A stretch of 64,000 nucleotides of DNA from Lytechinus pictus. Lineage: Eukaryota. Both the position numbers and the translations under genes were made by a program. Below, piece after piece: positions 51,508 through 64,000 of this stretch; positions within the stretch are counted from its first letter, which is position 1; each line of letters begins with the position of its first letter. The stretch covers positions 24,864,001 through 24,928,000 of the forward strand of contig NC_087251.1 of the NCBI RefSeq assembly GCF_037042905.1, written 5' to 3'. The notes beneath the pieces are model-generated. The model had not been told where the DNA came from. It worked only from the letters and a program-made list of their open reading frames with translations, and made no database searches.

Positions 51508-54014
51508 CAGTGTTGTAGTGCCTTGATGCTCGGCCTTGGCCTTAAGGCGCCTTAAGGCCTACTTTTTCAAAGCCTTGGCCTTGAGAGGGCCTTGGCCTTG
51601 GGGACTTTGTCACCATTATCAAGAATTGTCAAACAAAGAATACATCAGTTATGAAAAATAGCATTATGTATTGATAATGTGTTGTAATCATGACTAATGA
51701 TGATAATGACAGTAAATAATAATGATCATGATCAAGATAATAGTGCTTTGATGACAAGAATAAATTTGATATCTGACTGCAATTTTGACAACAATTTTCA
51801 TACTTTAAACATAGCTAATTCTAAAGAACGATAACAAGGTTGATATATATTCCATTAGGATTTTCCTTGTATTATTTTCTTTGGCCAACAAGAATGATAT
51901 TCTGAAAAGATTTGGTAAACTTGAACACAGTCTTCAATTTTGTCATATCCAAATAGGTTATGTCAATGGCATGATGAGCCAGAAACTTTGAGGGGCCAAG
52001 CATGGCATATAGAGCAAAATTTCTGTCAAAAAAAAGAAGAAAACGATTGAAGCGAGCAAGTGAACAAAATTTGTCCCCCTCTTTCTATATAGGAAAAGCT
52101 AATTTTGCGATAGATTGTTTAAAAAATAATTTCACATTTACTCCATCTTTTCCTTTCCCTTTCTCCCCTTGTCTAAGTTTATTCTTGGTGGTGGAACTTC
52201 TTCTCTCTATCTCTTTTCTAAATTGTATATTTGTTTTGGGTCAGATTGACAAAACAAAGGGGAAAAAATGTTTACTTCTTTTTAATAATATATCGTTCAA
52301 CAGTGAATTTCATGTCTCTACAGTTTCAAGGAAATAAACAACGTATTTGTTTTGTGTCAATATGGTTTCAAGAAATAATAATTGATGAAAAAATAATAAT
52401 TGAATAATTAATAATTATCAATATTATCAATAAGTATTAATAATTAATGATTGATTAACTGTTTAAAGAAATAATTAAGATTTACCCTCTCCCAACTAAG
52501 GATATGGGGTGCACCCTGTTTATTTTATATCCTTTTGAATATAACTTTATTTTGTTAGTATTCTTTATTCTGTTGTTTAAGGTAAAATAAGTGTAGAAGA
52601 TACAAGAAATGAGAATTGAAATTTAAAAGTGGTTGTAAGCAGAAAAAAATATGAAAACTGACAAGTCCTAAAAATGACTCATTTTCAGTTTAAGCATTTG
52701 AAAATTTTAGCTTGCGCTTTGTGCTCTCTTGCCCCCCCCCCCCCCCAAAAAAAAATCCCTGTAGGATTTTTTTTTCCAAATGAAATATGCCCTTTTTAAA
52801 AAAGAAATATACCTTCTTTAATAATAAAACATAATACATTTTAGGCTCGAAAATCACAGATTTTGAATCGTGCTTGCATGAATTCTTGTTTAGTACAGTA
52901 CTAATCCTGCTCATGGTTACAAAAATGTATAGAATGTTGCTTTATGGTTGGAATATCAAAAAAATTTGGCTCGCTTCCTGCACTCGCATCAATTATTGTA
53001 CTCGTTCTCTTCCCGTTCACAAAAAAAAAATGCTTAGAATGTCCAGTTTTCAGGTTGAAATATCACAAACTTTTGAGCTCGCGCTTTGCGTTCGCATTAT
53101 ATTTATTGGTGAGTTATGTATCCTATTTAAAATGCAGTAAATAATTGCTTCCTTTACTGGTGAGTATATAAAAAAAAAATTAGCGAGCGTACAGTTATTT
53201 TTAGTTACACATCTTTTTCATGATTACAAAACCAGCTCAGAATATTTAATTTCCATGTCTTATTACACGACATGTCAAGAAGTTTGAGCTGGTGGTTCGC
53301 GCTGGCAACATTGCGCAAGGATGCCCTTTTAACAATGATTAGCCCCATAATTGACCATAAATCAAGTCTTACAACTTTTTTTTCAAAACCGCTTGCTCGC
53401 TATGCTTTGCCGCTGAGAAGTAAAACCTAAATCAAAATATCTATCTTATAATTAAAAATCACTTTATAAAGCCTTTGCTCAACTTAATTTCTACAAAACA
53501 CACAATTACTTCACGCAGTTCATAATCTCATTTTGAAAATACACGTATTTGTTTGCACCAAAAACTCATTTTGATAAATGAGTGCCTTTTTGGCGTTGAC
53601 CCCCCCCCCCCCCCAATAATAATTTTCTGCTGCCCCTGTCCCAGGGAGTGGAGAAAAACATACGTTGAGAATGCCAGGATCAGATGACCGTGGTAATAAT
53701 AATTATTGCAATGAAAATTGCCTAAAAAAATTATGGATTATGTGTACACAGGTAACTATATCATTATTTTAATATGTCTCTATCATGAAATTATTTTTGT
53801 TTTAAATGTACAAAGGTTAAATTTTTTCTCGCTCAGTCCCCTCGCTCACATACATTTTTTACCATGTGTGATGTCTGCCGCCTAAGTATTGTTAGTTCAT
53901 TGTTCTGTATATCGTAAGTTTGAAATGCCTTGGCCTTGAAGTTTTCAGGCCTTGGCCTTGGGTTTCCATGCCTTGGCCTTGGCCTTGGAGGTTTGAGCCT
54001 TGGCTACAACACTG
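51508..54014. mobile_element. Non-autonomous hAT-like element with GGCCTT subterminal repeats
   Basis: TIR CAGTGTTGTAG / CTACAACACTG; (GGCCTT)n near both ends; absent from the sister arm; no clean 8-bp TSD. Confidence 0.7.
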
Positions 54015-54428
54015 AATAGCCGACTAATGCCATGGTTAGCTTCGAGTTGGTTAATTCCGAACTTTACGTTTAATTAGGTTTAGACAGATGTTAGCTTATT
54101 TGCCATGGTTTGTCTAGTACGTATACAAAACCAGTCCTAGATCTAAAAAAAAATCATTTTAGTTTGAGTCTAGTCTCTAGATCTAGACTCTGATCTACGC
54201 TGTATAAGCATGGAACCACTAGTGCATCAAAGGGGGGGGGGTGCAGACTGCCCCTCTGACGAGTCACAACTGATACAGGGGACGTGCCCACCGGTTGAGA
54301 AGCCAAATTAATAATGAACGTGAAGATTTTTTTTTTTGGGGGGGGGGGGGCTTGTCACATTTTTTCGCGGAAGAAATATCCTCGAAAATTTGCCCCCCTT
54401 TTGGAAAATCCTAGGTACGCCAGTGCAT

Positions 54429-55923
54429 CAGTGGCGTAGCTACGGGGGGGGGGGGGCCTGGGGGGCACGTGCCCCCCCCCCCCCCCCTGAGATTTGATGT
54501 GCCCCCCCCCCCCCAGAAAAGAAAAAGGAAAAGAAAAATAAAGACAGAAGAAAAAAAAGAAGAGGAAAATAAGGGGAGGAAGGCGAGTGAATGAAATAAT
54601 GTGAGGGGAAGACTTGAAAAGAAAATCTTTCATGTTAGTACTATATAAAATTTTTGCTTGCGCTTCGCGCCAGAATTGCCTGTTCGATGAGATTCATATC
54701 TTGCTCAATAGGCTGATATGGAGCAAGTCAATATACAAAACATAATTTAGCTCGGACTTCGTTCGAGTTTTCATTATTTTTTTTTTCATTTACAAATTTA
54801 AGTGCTCTGTAAAATGTCCGTTTTATGGTCTAACATATCAGCATTTTAAGCTCACGCTGCGTGGTCACATTGTTTGATTTGCCAGGTTCATAATGTCTAC
54901 GTGTATTCCATAATGTTCCATTAAACAAATGTATTTAGAATGCCCAGATTCTAGGTCTATTATCTAAAACATGCGCGATAGCCTGCATGTTCTTTATTTA
55001 AAATGTACTTAAATTATCCAGTTTCACATCAGAATATCAATAATTGTCTGCTCACGCTTCACGATTGCATTATTAATGATATCCAATTAACTATATCCTA
55101 TTTATGATTACAAAAATGAATAGAGTGTCCTGCTTTTAGGTCTAAAATCTCAATTTTCTTCCTCTCGCGCTCCGCGCTCGCATTAATTGTTTAGTTACAT
55201 ACCTATCCCATTTATTAATACAAAAAGTGCTTAGAATGACACATTTTTTAGGTCGGAATGTCAAAAATTGCTCGCGCTTCGCGCTCGCATTATTGAAATA
55301 TATACCGTCTTCGTGGGTGTGTGTATTTGAGTTTTGTCAGACGTGTATCAATCATATATGATTATTTACGTCTGGGACCGACCTTTAACGTCACCATCCG
55401 AAAGACGTGACCAGGGCTCGAACCTCGAACCTTTGCATCAATTTGTAACTTCCCCACAGCTTGGATTACAGGCGCACGCCACAACGCCTAGTTGTAACTG
55501 AAAGCAGTCCTTAACAGGTCCCTTTTCGATAATGCTAGAACAGTTAATACAAATTTCTGCTCGTGCTTGGCGTTTGCAGTAACCATCTAGTTACATACGA
55601 ATCTTGTTCAGGATCACACATACCATTGCCCATAATATTTTTTAAAAAATCGCTCGCGCTTCGCGCTCACACTTTTTATAAGGCTAATGAGATTATTTCA
55701 TGTTTATGTTGTTTTATAAGAATAAAACTAAGAAGTGACTGATCGGGGAAAACATAGGTGAAAATAATTTCGGGCCCCGTCCCCTATTGGCGAAAGTCCG
55801 ATCCGCTCTTGTGACACATACACACACACCGGAAAAAAATGGCCGGTGCCCCCCCCCCTGAAAAAGCAAGGACCCCCCAGTGCCCCCCCCCCCCCAGGGA
55901 AAAAAATCCTAGCTACGCCACTG
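54429..55923. mobile_element. hAT-like MITE
   Basis: TIR CAGTGGCGTAGCTA / TAGCTACGCCACTG; perfect 8-bp TSD CAGTGCAT. Confidence 0.88.
55317..55492 (-). mobile_element. SINE with 7SL/Alu-like head, B-box and Deu/Nin-like core
   Basis: Minus strand: CTAGGCGTTGTGGCGTGCGCCTGTAATCCAAGCT ... GGTTCGAGCCC ... CGTCTTTCGGATGGTGACGTTAAAGGTCGGTCCC ... (AC)n tail. Confidence 0.7.
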
Positions 55924-56888
55924 CAGTGCATGGAACGTATTCTAACGTCAGGCACAAACTAACGTCAGTGATCTTGATCCCCGTCTTCACCCCAAATTAA
56001 GGATTTCTTAGCTGAAAAAATTTTGACAAGCAAAAAAAAAGATCTTCACGTTCAAAAGAGGGCACATAAGTCTTTTTTGGTTGCATTTTGACATTACAAA
56101 TTATTAATTTGGCTTCTCAACGGGGGGGGGGGGCCTGTCCCCTGGATCAGTTGTAAATCGTCAGGGGGCAGTCTGCCCCCCCCCCCTTGGCACACTAGTT
56201 GTTCCATGCTGATACAGCGTAGATCAGAGTCTAGATCTAGAGACTAGACTAGAACTAAGATATTGTTTTTTTTAGAGCTAGGACTGGTTCTGTATACGGA
56301 CTAGACATATTAAACCATGGTAAATAAAATCAAACGTAAATTTCGGAATTTAACGGTCCGAAGTTAACCATGGCATTAGTCGGCTATTACTATTTATTAG
56401 TATTAGGCATTAGACAGGTCCAGATTTGAGGTAAAGTTAATGCGCTAGCCTAAGCTAGCCCTAGCCTAGCACATGTCTTGCCATTAATGGCAGCTAGATT
56501 GATAAGTGTTTAAGAATTGGATATATATATATATAGATCTAAGCCTGTAAGGCCTATGTAACTATGTAAGGGTACCGGTAAGTTGACGATGCTAATTCAT
56601 TCTGAGCAACTGAACGTGATTCATGCTTACGACCGGCACTGGTCGAGGCAAAGTCCACGCGCATGCGTACTCTTAATCCGAAGACGCAAGTCATGAATAT
56701 TCATATGTTGGTCCAGAACTCGGTGGGAAAAATAATTTCGCGGCCGGGCTGCCACACAGTGAGGGTGCAGCTGGCTCTTTAAATTTTAAATGGCCAGGCG
56801 GTCGACGCGGTCGACATTACCCTCCCGGCCCAGCAAGCAGACCAAACTCTCGATCTCTCTCAATAATAACATCGCCAACGTCACTTAC

Positions 56889-57021
56889 CTGCTCTCAAAA
56901 TGCTGTTGATTCGATCCTGCTCAAACATTTCTTCAGATGAAGATCTCTGGTCTTTTTTACCCAAAACACGAGAAACTTGCTCGGAAATGAAGCTGAGGCT
57001 TGCCTCCAGAAATCGAGACAT
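56889..57021 (-). CDS. Probable first coding exon of the RING gene (MSRFLEASLSFISEQVSRVLGKKDQRSSSEEMFEQDRINSILRA)
   Basis: ATG plus 44 open codons ending in a consensus CAG|GTAAGT donor just downstream of a promoter-like region; it ends in phase 1 whereas the RING exon needs phase 2. Confidence 0.5.
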
Positions 57022-57089
57022 GTGTGTAAGTCACACAAAAATACTGCACGCACAATTAACATACACAGAATTGAAATGTACACAAATAT

Positions 57090-57175
57090 GAAGATTTCGC
57101 GCGCTACACGAATCTGGCGCGCCAGTTGAAGGGTACCACGTGACGTCTGGTTGTCTGTCTCATTGGTGAATCTAA
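57090..57175 (-). promoter_or_regulatory. Promoter motif cluster upstream of the RING gene
   Basis: TTTCGCGCGC and TGGCGCGCCA (E2F-like), CACGTGAC (E-box) overlapping TGACGTC (CRE-like) and ATTGG (CCAAT), all within about 80 bp. Confidence 0.5.
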
Positions 57176-57388
57176 TCTAGTCTGCAGACGCAGACACTAA
57201 TACATATTCCAATTGAATCAGGGAAACGGGTGGGACAACTCGACCCGCGGTCCGAATTGTCCCGACCCCTTCCATTTGTCATAATTTATCTTTCTATGTA
57301 AACGTAATTTCAGCTCGCACTCGGTGGAAAGAAAATAAAGAGGATGGATCATGATTATTTTTTATTATAGGTCTATATCAATTATGGA

Positions 57389-59130
57389 CAGTGGCGTAAC
57401 TACGGGGGGGGGGGGGGCATTGATTGGGGGCACGTGCCCCCCCCCCCCCAATCGGCTGGCAAAAAAAAAGAACGGAGGAAAAGGAGAAAAAAGGAGAAAG
57501 AAGGGGAAACGTAGTGGGGAAGAAGAAATTATAATATTTTTTTTCGATCGTAGCTTTATGAAACATAATTTGCTTAGGGCCTATGCGTTCATCATTCCTG
57601 GTTCTTGCATTTTCTGTTTAATGAGATATTATAATCATGTTGTACTAATACATTCCTTTTCAAGTCAGTACACCAAATATTTCCTCGCACTTCGAGTTAT
57701 CGTTATTTTTGGTAGTAACGTATGCTTCTTTTACATGAATATTGAAAGTGATTGCCCCCTTTTAAAGGGATGGTCCGGGCTGAAAATATGTATATCTTAA
57801 TACATAGAATAGAATTTACTGAGCAAAATGCCGAAAATTTCATCAAAATCGGATAACAAATAATAAAGTTATTGAAGTTTAAAGTTTAGCAATATTTTGT
57901 GAAAAAAGTCGTCATGAATATTCATTAGGTGGGCTGATGATGTCACATCCCCACTTTCCGTTTTCTTATGTTATCACATAAAATGATATTTTTTCATTAA
58001 TTCATACTTGTGTGAATAATAATGATGTCTCCCTTATAATGAAATAAGTTGCAGCAATAAATATCTAATGCACTAAATCAGTTGTCAATCCAATTTTTCT
58101 AGTTCTTGGAGGAAAAAAATTTGAATAAACCTAATTTCATGTAATAAAATACAAAAGAACAAGTGGAGATGTGACATCACCAGCCCACCTAATGAATATT
58201 CATGACAACTGTTTTCACAAAATATTGCTAAATTTTAAAATTCAATAACTTTGTTATTTGCTATTCGATTTTGATGAAATTTTCGGCATTATTTTTGCTC
58301 AGTGAATTCTACTCTTATTCATTAAGCTATAAATACTTTCAGCCCGGACCATCCCTTTAAGGTCTAAATATAAAACATGTCCAGTCTGGGCTTACGTTTG
58401 CATTAGTGAATTGGTGACATATGTCTGCTCTTCATGAATTCCTAAAAACAATCCCCAAAATGTCAACTTTTCTGGTCTGAATATCCAAAGTTTTCAGCTT
58501 GCGCTCGCATGATTTGGTTAGTGATATACGTATATGATCTTAGTGAATTCTATATAAAAACAAGCCTTAGAATGCCCCTTTTCATGTGTGAATTTCAAAA
58601 ATTTTCAGCTCGCGCTTTGCGCTCGCAATATTTGATTAGTGAGATACATATCATATTCATGATTTCAATGACTAAAAAAAAGTGCTTCGTGTGTTAAGGT
58701 GTAATTCTAACAAAACCAGCAAGCGCATATTTGGCGCTCTCATTAGATGACTATGGTGAGATATGTACGCTCTTCATGAATAATACCTTAAAAAAATTGT
58801 CCTTAAAATGTCATATTTGGGCTTAATATATACAAAAATCTAAGCTCGCGCTTCGCGCTCGCATTGCTTATTTAGTGAGACAGGTACGAATCATGATTAC
58901 AAAAATTTGCTTATAATGTCCTTTTTCACGTCTGAATATGAAAAAAATTCAGTTCGCGCTTTGCGCTCGCATTATTTGATTAGTGAGATACATATCCATT
59001 TAATGGCACAATCCTTAAAATGTCTCTATTAGGTTAGTATACCTGGCAAATTTCGCGGGCCCTTTAAGTGACTCAAAATTGTTGATGGTGTCCCCCCCCC
59101 CCCAATGCCGTGACCCACGGTACGCCACTG
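57389..59130. mobile_element. hAT-like MITE
   Basis: TIR CAGTGGCGTA / TACGCCACTG; perfect 8-bp TSD ATTATGGA. Confidence 0.88.
57766..58356. mobile_element. Kolobok-like palindromic MITE nested in 57389..59130
   Basis: TTAA flanks; long TIR AGGGATGGTCCGGGCTGAAA / TTTCAGCCCGGACCATCCCT. Confidence 0.8.
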
Positions 59131-62100
59131 ATTATGGACAACACAAAGAGAGGGACACTCACGGAAATAGAAGAAACTCCTGTTAATGAGGCTTCTATGA
59201 TCCCAAGCAAAAAGTTTATTTGAATAAAAAGAGGCAAATGAGACAAATATAATCCATCACTGAAAATTCCATTCAAATCGCATGTTGGCCTAATAGAGAA
59301 AATATAATTAGCATTCAATTTTCGTTTATTTTCAGAAAACAGACGTGGGCACATATCCTATATAGGCCTACATAACAATTATGGGAGCCGATGCCATGGT
59401 GACTCTTATAGACCTACTATTTCTTTTGTAAGCATATTTCAAAATAAAGAATTAAAAAGAAAATTACATAGATTTGATGGTAAACAGGGTCTCCATCTGT
59501 TCACAGTAAAACACATGATATATATATTTTTTTGCATTTTAACTTTTTTTTTTTGGAGGGGGGTAAGAAATCAAACCAAGTTTGAGACGGCTCCATGAAA
59601 GAATGAAAAAAACATATATATCATTGTTTTATGATTCGTTTTATGAAATCAATCGTTCAGATACAACATTTTTCATTACATAAAAACATAATTATTATGG
59701 TGATTGATATTTTTGGCATGGGCGTGATGAATTAAGTGTACTATAACAAAAATAATAATTCCAAACAAAAACGATCTTATACCAAATTATCATAATATTC
59801 ACAAGGGCCGCGGAACATATTTGAAATTAAGTGGAGGGGGGGAAGGCTGAGCAGAAAATGGGGGGGGGGGGGTTACCTTATAAAAAATCACAATCAGATG
59901 ATGATTTTTGTGCGTTTTACTGAAAAATTGGGAGTTGAAGCCTCCAGCCCCCCCCCCCTCCTCCCCAGTTCCGAGGCCCGTCTCAATTTGCAGGAGGACT
60001 GTCATCAGCAGATTGATTGAGAAAAATGGATTTAACTCTTTTGCCTTAAAATGAGTAAAGAGAAAGAATCTTTTATAGACTCTCAGGGGAGGATCGTGCT
60101 TTCCCTTATATGGGGGGGGGGGGGGCGAAAAATAACTACATCCGCTAAAAACTGAATTTTGCTTTTAATTTTTTTTTAACCGGGGCTGGTCCTAACTAAA
60201 GACTGAAGTTAAAGTACATAATAAATATATTATTACGAAAAAGATAAAGTATAGGCCCATCTCATAAATAATGAGAGTGCGAAGCGCGAGCTCAAATTTT
60301 GGGAGATTTCCTGTAGCATTTTGTTTGTAATCATGAATAAGATTCGTATCAATATTGTTGATGTGAACGCGAAGCGCGAGCTAAGTTATATATATTAACC
60401 AAAAGGGAAACTTTTAAGCCATTTTAACATCTAGAAAATTGTGAAGAGGATATGCATCTCACTCACTCGAATATAGTGCAAGCGTGAAAAGCGAACATTT
60501 TTTTTCTCATTTGGACCGGGATATTCTAAGCGCTATTTTATTCCATGCAGGATGCGTATCAAATAAACATTAATGCGATTGCAAAGAGCGAGCTACATAA
60601 TTGATATTCCTATATTAACCTGAAAAGGGAAATTTCAAGGATTGTTTTTTTTTTTAATTCACGGATCTCACCATTTATGATGCAAGCGCATATAGCTCTT
60701 GATTTTTTTTCGGCACCTATCTCAATAAAATAAAATAATGAAAATAAAATCACAAGCAGAATAATTTGAACGTTTCAAGCACTTTTATTTTGAAGAGGAT
60801 ATGCATCTCAATCAAGAAATAATGCGAGCGCGAAACGCGAAATTACTTTTGCGATTTAGAATTAATGAAAAATAACGAGCAGAATAGAACCTTTTAAGCA
60901 CTTTTTAACATCTAGAAAATCGTGAAGATTATGCATCTCACTCAAGAAATAATGCGAGCGCGAAGCGACATATTTTAAGCCCAATGTTATCCTCTTTATT
61001 AAATAGCAGATAATCACTCAACATGTCAAGCAAACGAACGCGAAGCGCATGCGAAAGTTTTTTTATATAATTACCTAAATGTTTTTGTTTCTATTTTCTA
61101 ATGTTATTATTAGTCTTCCCCAATTTCACTCACCTTTCTTCCTCCTATTGTCTTTCTTCCTTTCTCTGCTTCTTGTTTTCTTTTTTTTCTTCCCTCCCTT
61201 TTTTAAGCTACGTCATTAGGGGGGGGGGACTTCTCCCCTGGATAATGGGCTCTGCAGGTATAATAGAGTTCCGCAATGAGCAATTTGTTGATTAAATTAA
61301 TTTCATAGAGTTAAGGGTAGATAGGGTATACATAGTAGGCCTATATAAGAATGTGGAATGACGATGTGAGAATGTAATATTTACGTTTATTACTTGTAAA
61401 TAAGCAGTAAACTTTGAAGTGAATTCGTATTAAGTACTGTCAGTCTTTAGCTTTAAATGTTGGGTTTGTTATATTGCGAGTCATTACAAATTCAAATGTC
61501 TTTCGAGCATTTTAAATACCCCCCGCGTACCCTTTCATATAACATTTATTTTTTGATGTGTATAACTACAAAACAAGCAAGGGAGTGAGCGGATTTTCAA
61601 CAACAAAAATGCAGAATTTACCTGCTTTCAGGCACGCGTCGTCGTGGAGGGGGGGGGGGGGGGGGGCAGGAGGGGCATGTAGGAATCACATGCCGTCAGA
61701 TGTTCGAAGCTGTATGTTTAAAAAATAGGTCTATCCTCTTGTGCCCCGGATCCATTTTCCCCTCCTTTTTTGTTTTGTTGTTGTTTTTAGTATTATTTTT
61801 GTTGCTCATTGTCAATATTTTTTTAGGAATAAAATGTAAAATATCTCAGTGATTACATTTTTTTCTACATTGTTTTATTCATATTCCATCAAAAAAAAAA
61901 ATTGCATTAAAGTTTAGAGTTATCATTGGAGCTATTATTGCAATTTGACACAGGAAAGGGTAACGACTTTCGGGGGGAGGAGGTGGTGAAAGAATCGTTC
62001 ATTCTTTTTCTGAAGTTTAATTACTTTTCTTTCAGTCTCCATGCAGGAGTCTCCACCATTTTACTTTTACCCCCACCCCCATCTCATACCTTCCCTTCTT

Positions 62101-63667
62101 CTCTCTCAGTCTTCTTTGATTTATGTTCTTATTTGTCTCCTCTTTCGTCTTCACATGCAGTTTCCATTTCCTTTCACCCCCCCCCCTTTTTACCCTTCCT
62201 CATTTTCTCTCTTTCCCTCTTTTCTTCTTTCTCCCTCTTTTTAAATTTATCTTATCAAATTCTTCTGTCCCACTCCTTTTCTTTCCATCATTCCTCTCTA
62301 TCGTTTCATCTGTATGTTTATCATTCTAGCTGTCTTTCTGTATTTCCCTCCCCCTCTTCTCTCATTTTCGCGCCCTCAAACTTTGGCGCGCTTGCGCTCT
62401 GTGCACTGTAACCATTACTCTGATGCTGTCGATTGAAAAAAATATATCATTTTCCAAAGTAGCCCAATCAGTAAAAATGTTTTCTTCCTAATTTTAACAA
62501 CATGTATGCTACATCGAACCAGTGGCATACGCGGGGGGTTACATCCCTCTTTATTTTTTGTTGATACCCATCCCCCCTAAAAAAATGTTGAGGACTTTTT
62601 TTTTTGCTCGTCATTCTTTGGGGGTACAAAACGACGCAAATTTTGTGGTGAGGGGGGGGGGGTTGTCAACATTTCCTTCAGCTTGTTACCCCCCCCCCCC
62701 CCTTTCAAAAATCCTGCATACGCTCTGTATCAAACAGATGAATATAAGGGCCTATTTATAGTTGAGATCAAAAGGAAATGGAGTAGGGCCGTTCTAAGAA
62801 TACCAGAGTCTACAATTAAGCTTTCGGGCGTCTGCTAAACAAAATGAAACGATTTTCTTGCCCACCCAACCACCACTAAATCCTACATCTACCCGTAGAT
62901 CCAGTATCCCCATGTCGACAACACTCTCGTCTTTTCTGTGCAGCTTTCCACTCTTTCAGGTGATATCCCCTTGCTTTTCAATTTATTGTCAGAAAATCAT
63001 GCAAAACTTAAGCACATGTGACCCCCTTATTCATATGTGACCCCCTTATCATTATGTGACCCCCTTAATTACGCAAATCAGAATACTCAAAAGTAAAACT
63101 TGACAAACAGGCAAACTAAATTGTATTTACAAGAGTTTCAACTGAAACGAGGTTCCCAATACACACTAGTCTTTTAGTAATAACGTTATTTACGAGATGT
63201 TTTGGACACTATACCACATTATGCACCTATATTCGCATTTTTGAAATAGCATTTTATTCCAAGAATTTAGGAAATGGTGTCTGTTTTATTTCACTTTGGT
63301 TAAAGATTACAATTGATTTCATTTCAACTCAACTACATCGAATCTAATTGTTAAACAGAAAACAAGATAAAGACAATGCGAATTAATATCCAATAAATTC
63401 AATATGTAAATACATTTACACATAAGAAAACGGTTAACATCACACAAACCTTTAATCTATGATATTTTTTGTAGCTTGCAACGTTTTACGACGTTTCAAA
63501 GCTATTCGCTCAAAGGAAATGACGAAAGTTCAAATCCTATTTTCTCATTGCAAGTTATCCTCAATAGATTATGGTTATTATATAGAGTCACTACATTATT
63601 TTTAATGAACAAACATTTTCTTTCAGCTCACCAAGAAATAAATCAAAAGACAACGAAAATCCCCTTT

Positions 63668-64000
63668 TTGTCTCACCTGCATAGCAGAGTGAGACTATAG
63701 GCGCCGCTTTTCCGACGGCGCGCCGTCGGAAAAGCGGCGCCTATAGTCTCACCAAAACTTAACCGAAGGTTAATTTTTCGAAATGACAGCATAAATTAGA
63801 AAGTATATGGATCAAGTATTACTGAACATCCTGCCTGAGTTTCAGGTCATATGACCAAGGTCAAAGGTCATTTAGGGTCAATGAACTTAGACCATGTTGG
63901 GGGAATCAACATCAAAATCTTAACCTAAGGTTAAGTTTTTGAAATGTCATCATAACTTAGAAAATATATGGACCTAGTTCATAAAACTTGGACATAAGGT
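63668..64000 (+). mobile_element. Helentron-like family copy, truncated by the window end
   Basis: Same 5' end and internal units; carries a local perfect palindrome. Confidence 0.75.

Larger units (their letters stand above)
50934..56741. mobile_element. Foldback/Mutator-like element with about 0.7-kb inverted arms and nested insertions
   Basis: 50934..51266 + 51487..51507 + 54015..about 54370 is the reverse complement of about 56010..56741; flanked by GGCCGGGCT at 50925..50933 and 56742..56750. Confidence 0.8.

Noticed and set aside
61926..62411. 161-aa F/S/L-rich ORF
   Set aside because: Translation of a low-complexity pyrimidine tract.

Overview
AT-rich, intron-rich eukaryotic DNA. The repeat landscape suggests a marine invertebrate, probably a sea urchin (inference only). 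Two spliced genes lie tail-to-tail. (1) BPNT1, 3'(2'),5'-bisphosphate nucleotidase, on + (635..34521, about 306-311 aa). It has two homologous, intact first coding exons (635..760 and 8744..8884) that can both splice to the shared exon 2. (2) A minus-strand RING-HC + C2HC zinc-finger + basic-tail putative E3 ligase (exons 47109..47270, 43595..43702, 41610..41871; probable first exon 56889..57021 with an unresolved phase problem). An intron of the RING gene holds an apparently intact Crypton-type (DUF3504/CryptonA-like) tyrosine-recombinase element (about 43833..46146). It has all catalytic residues, 5-bp terminal direct repeats, a 164-nt bulged 3' hairpin and an internal segment complementary to both termini; a related-looking non-coding mini-hairpin element lies nearby (47374..47610). 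Also present: a 5.8-kb foldback/Mutator-like element with a 9-bp TSD and nested insertions, a SINE with a 7SL/Alu-like head and Deu/Nin-like body, and many MITEs (hAT-, Harbinger-, Kolobok-, CACTA-like) and Helentron-like elements. All calls are by eye; no searches were run.
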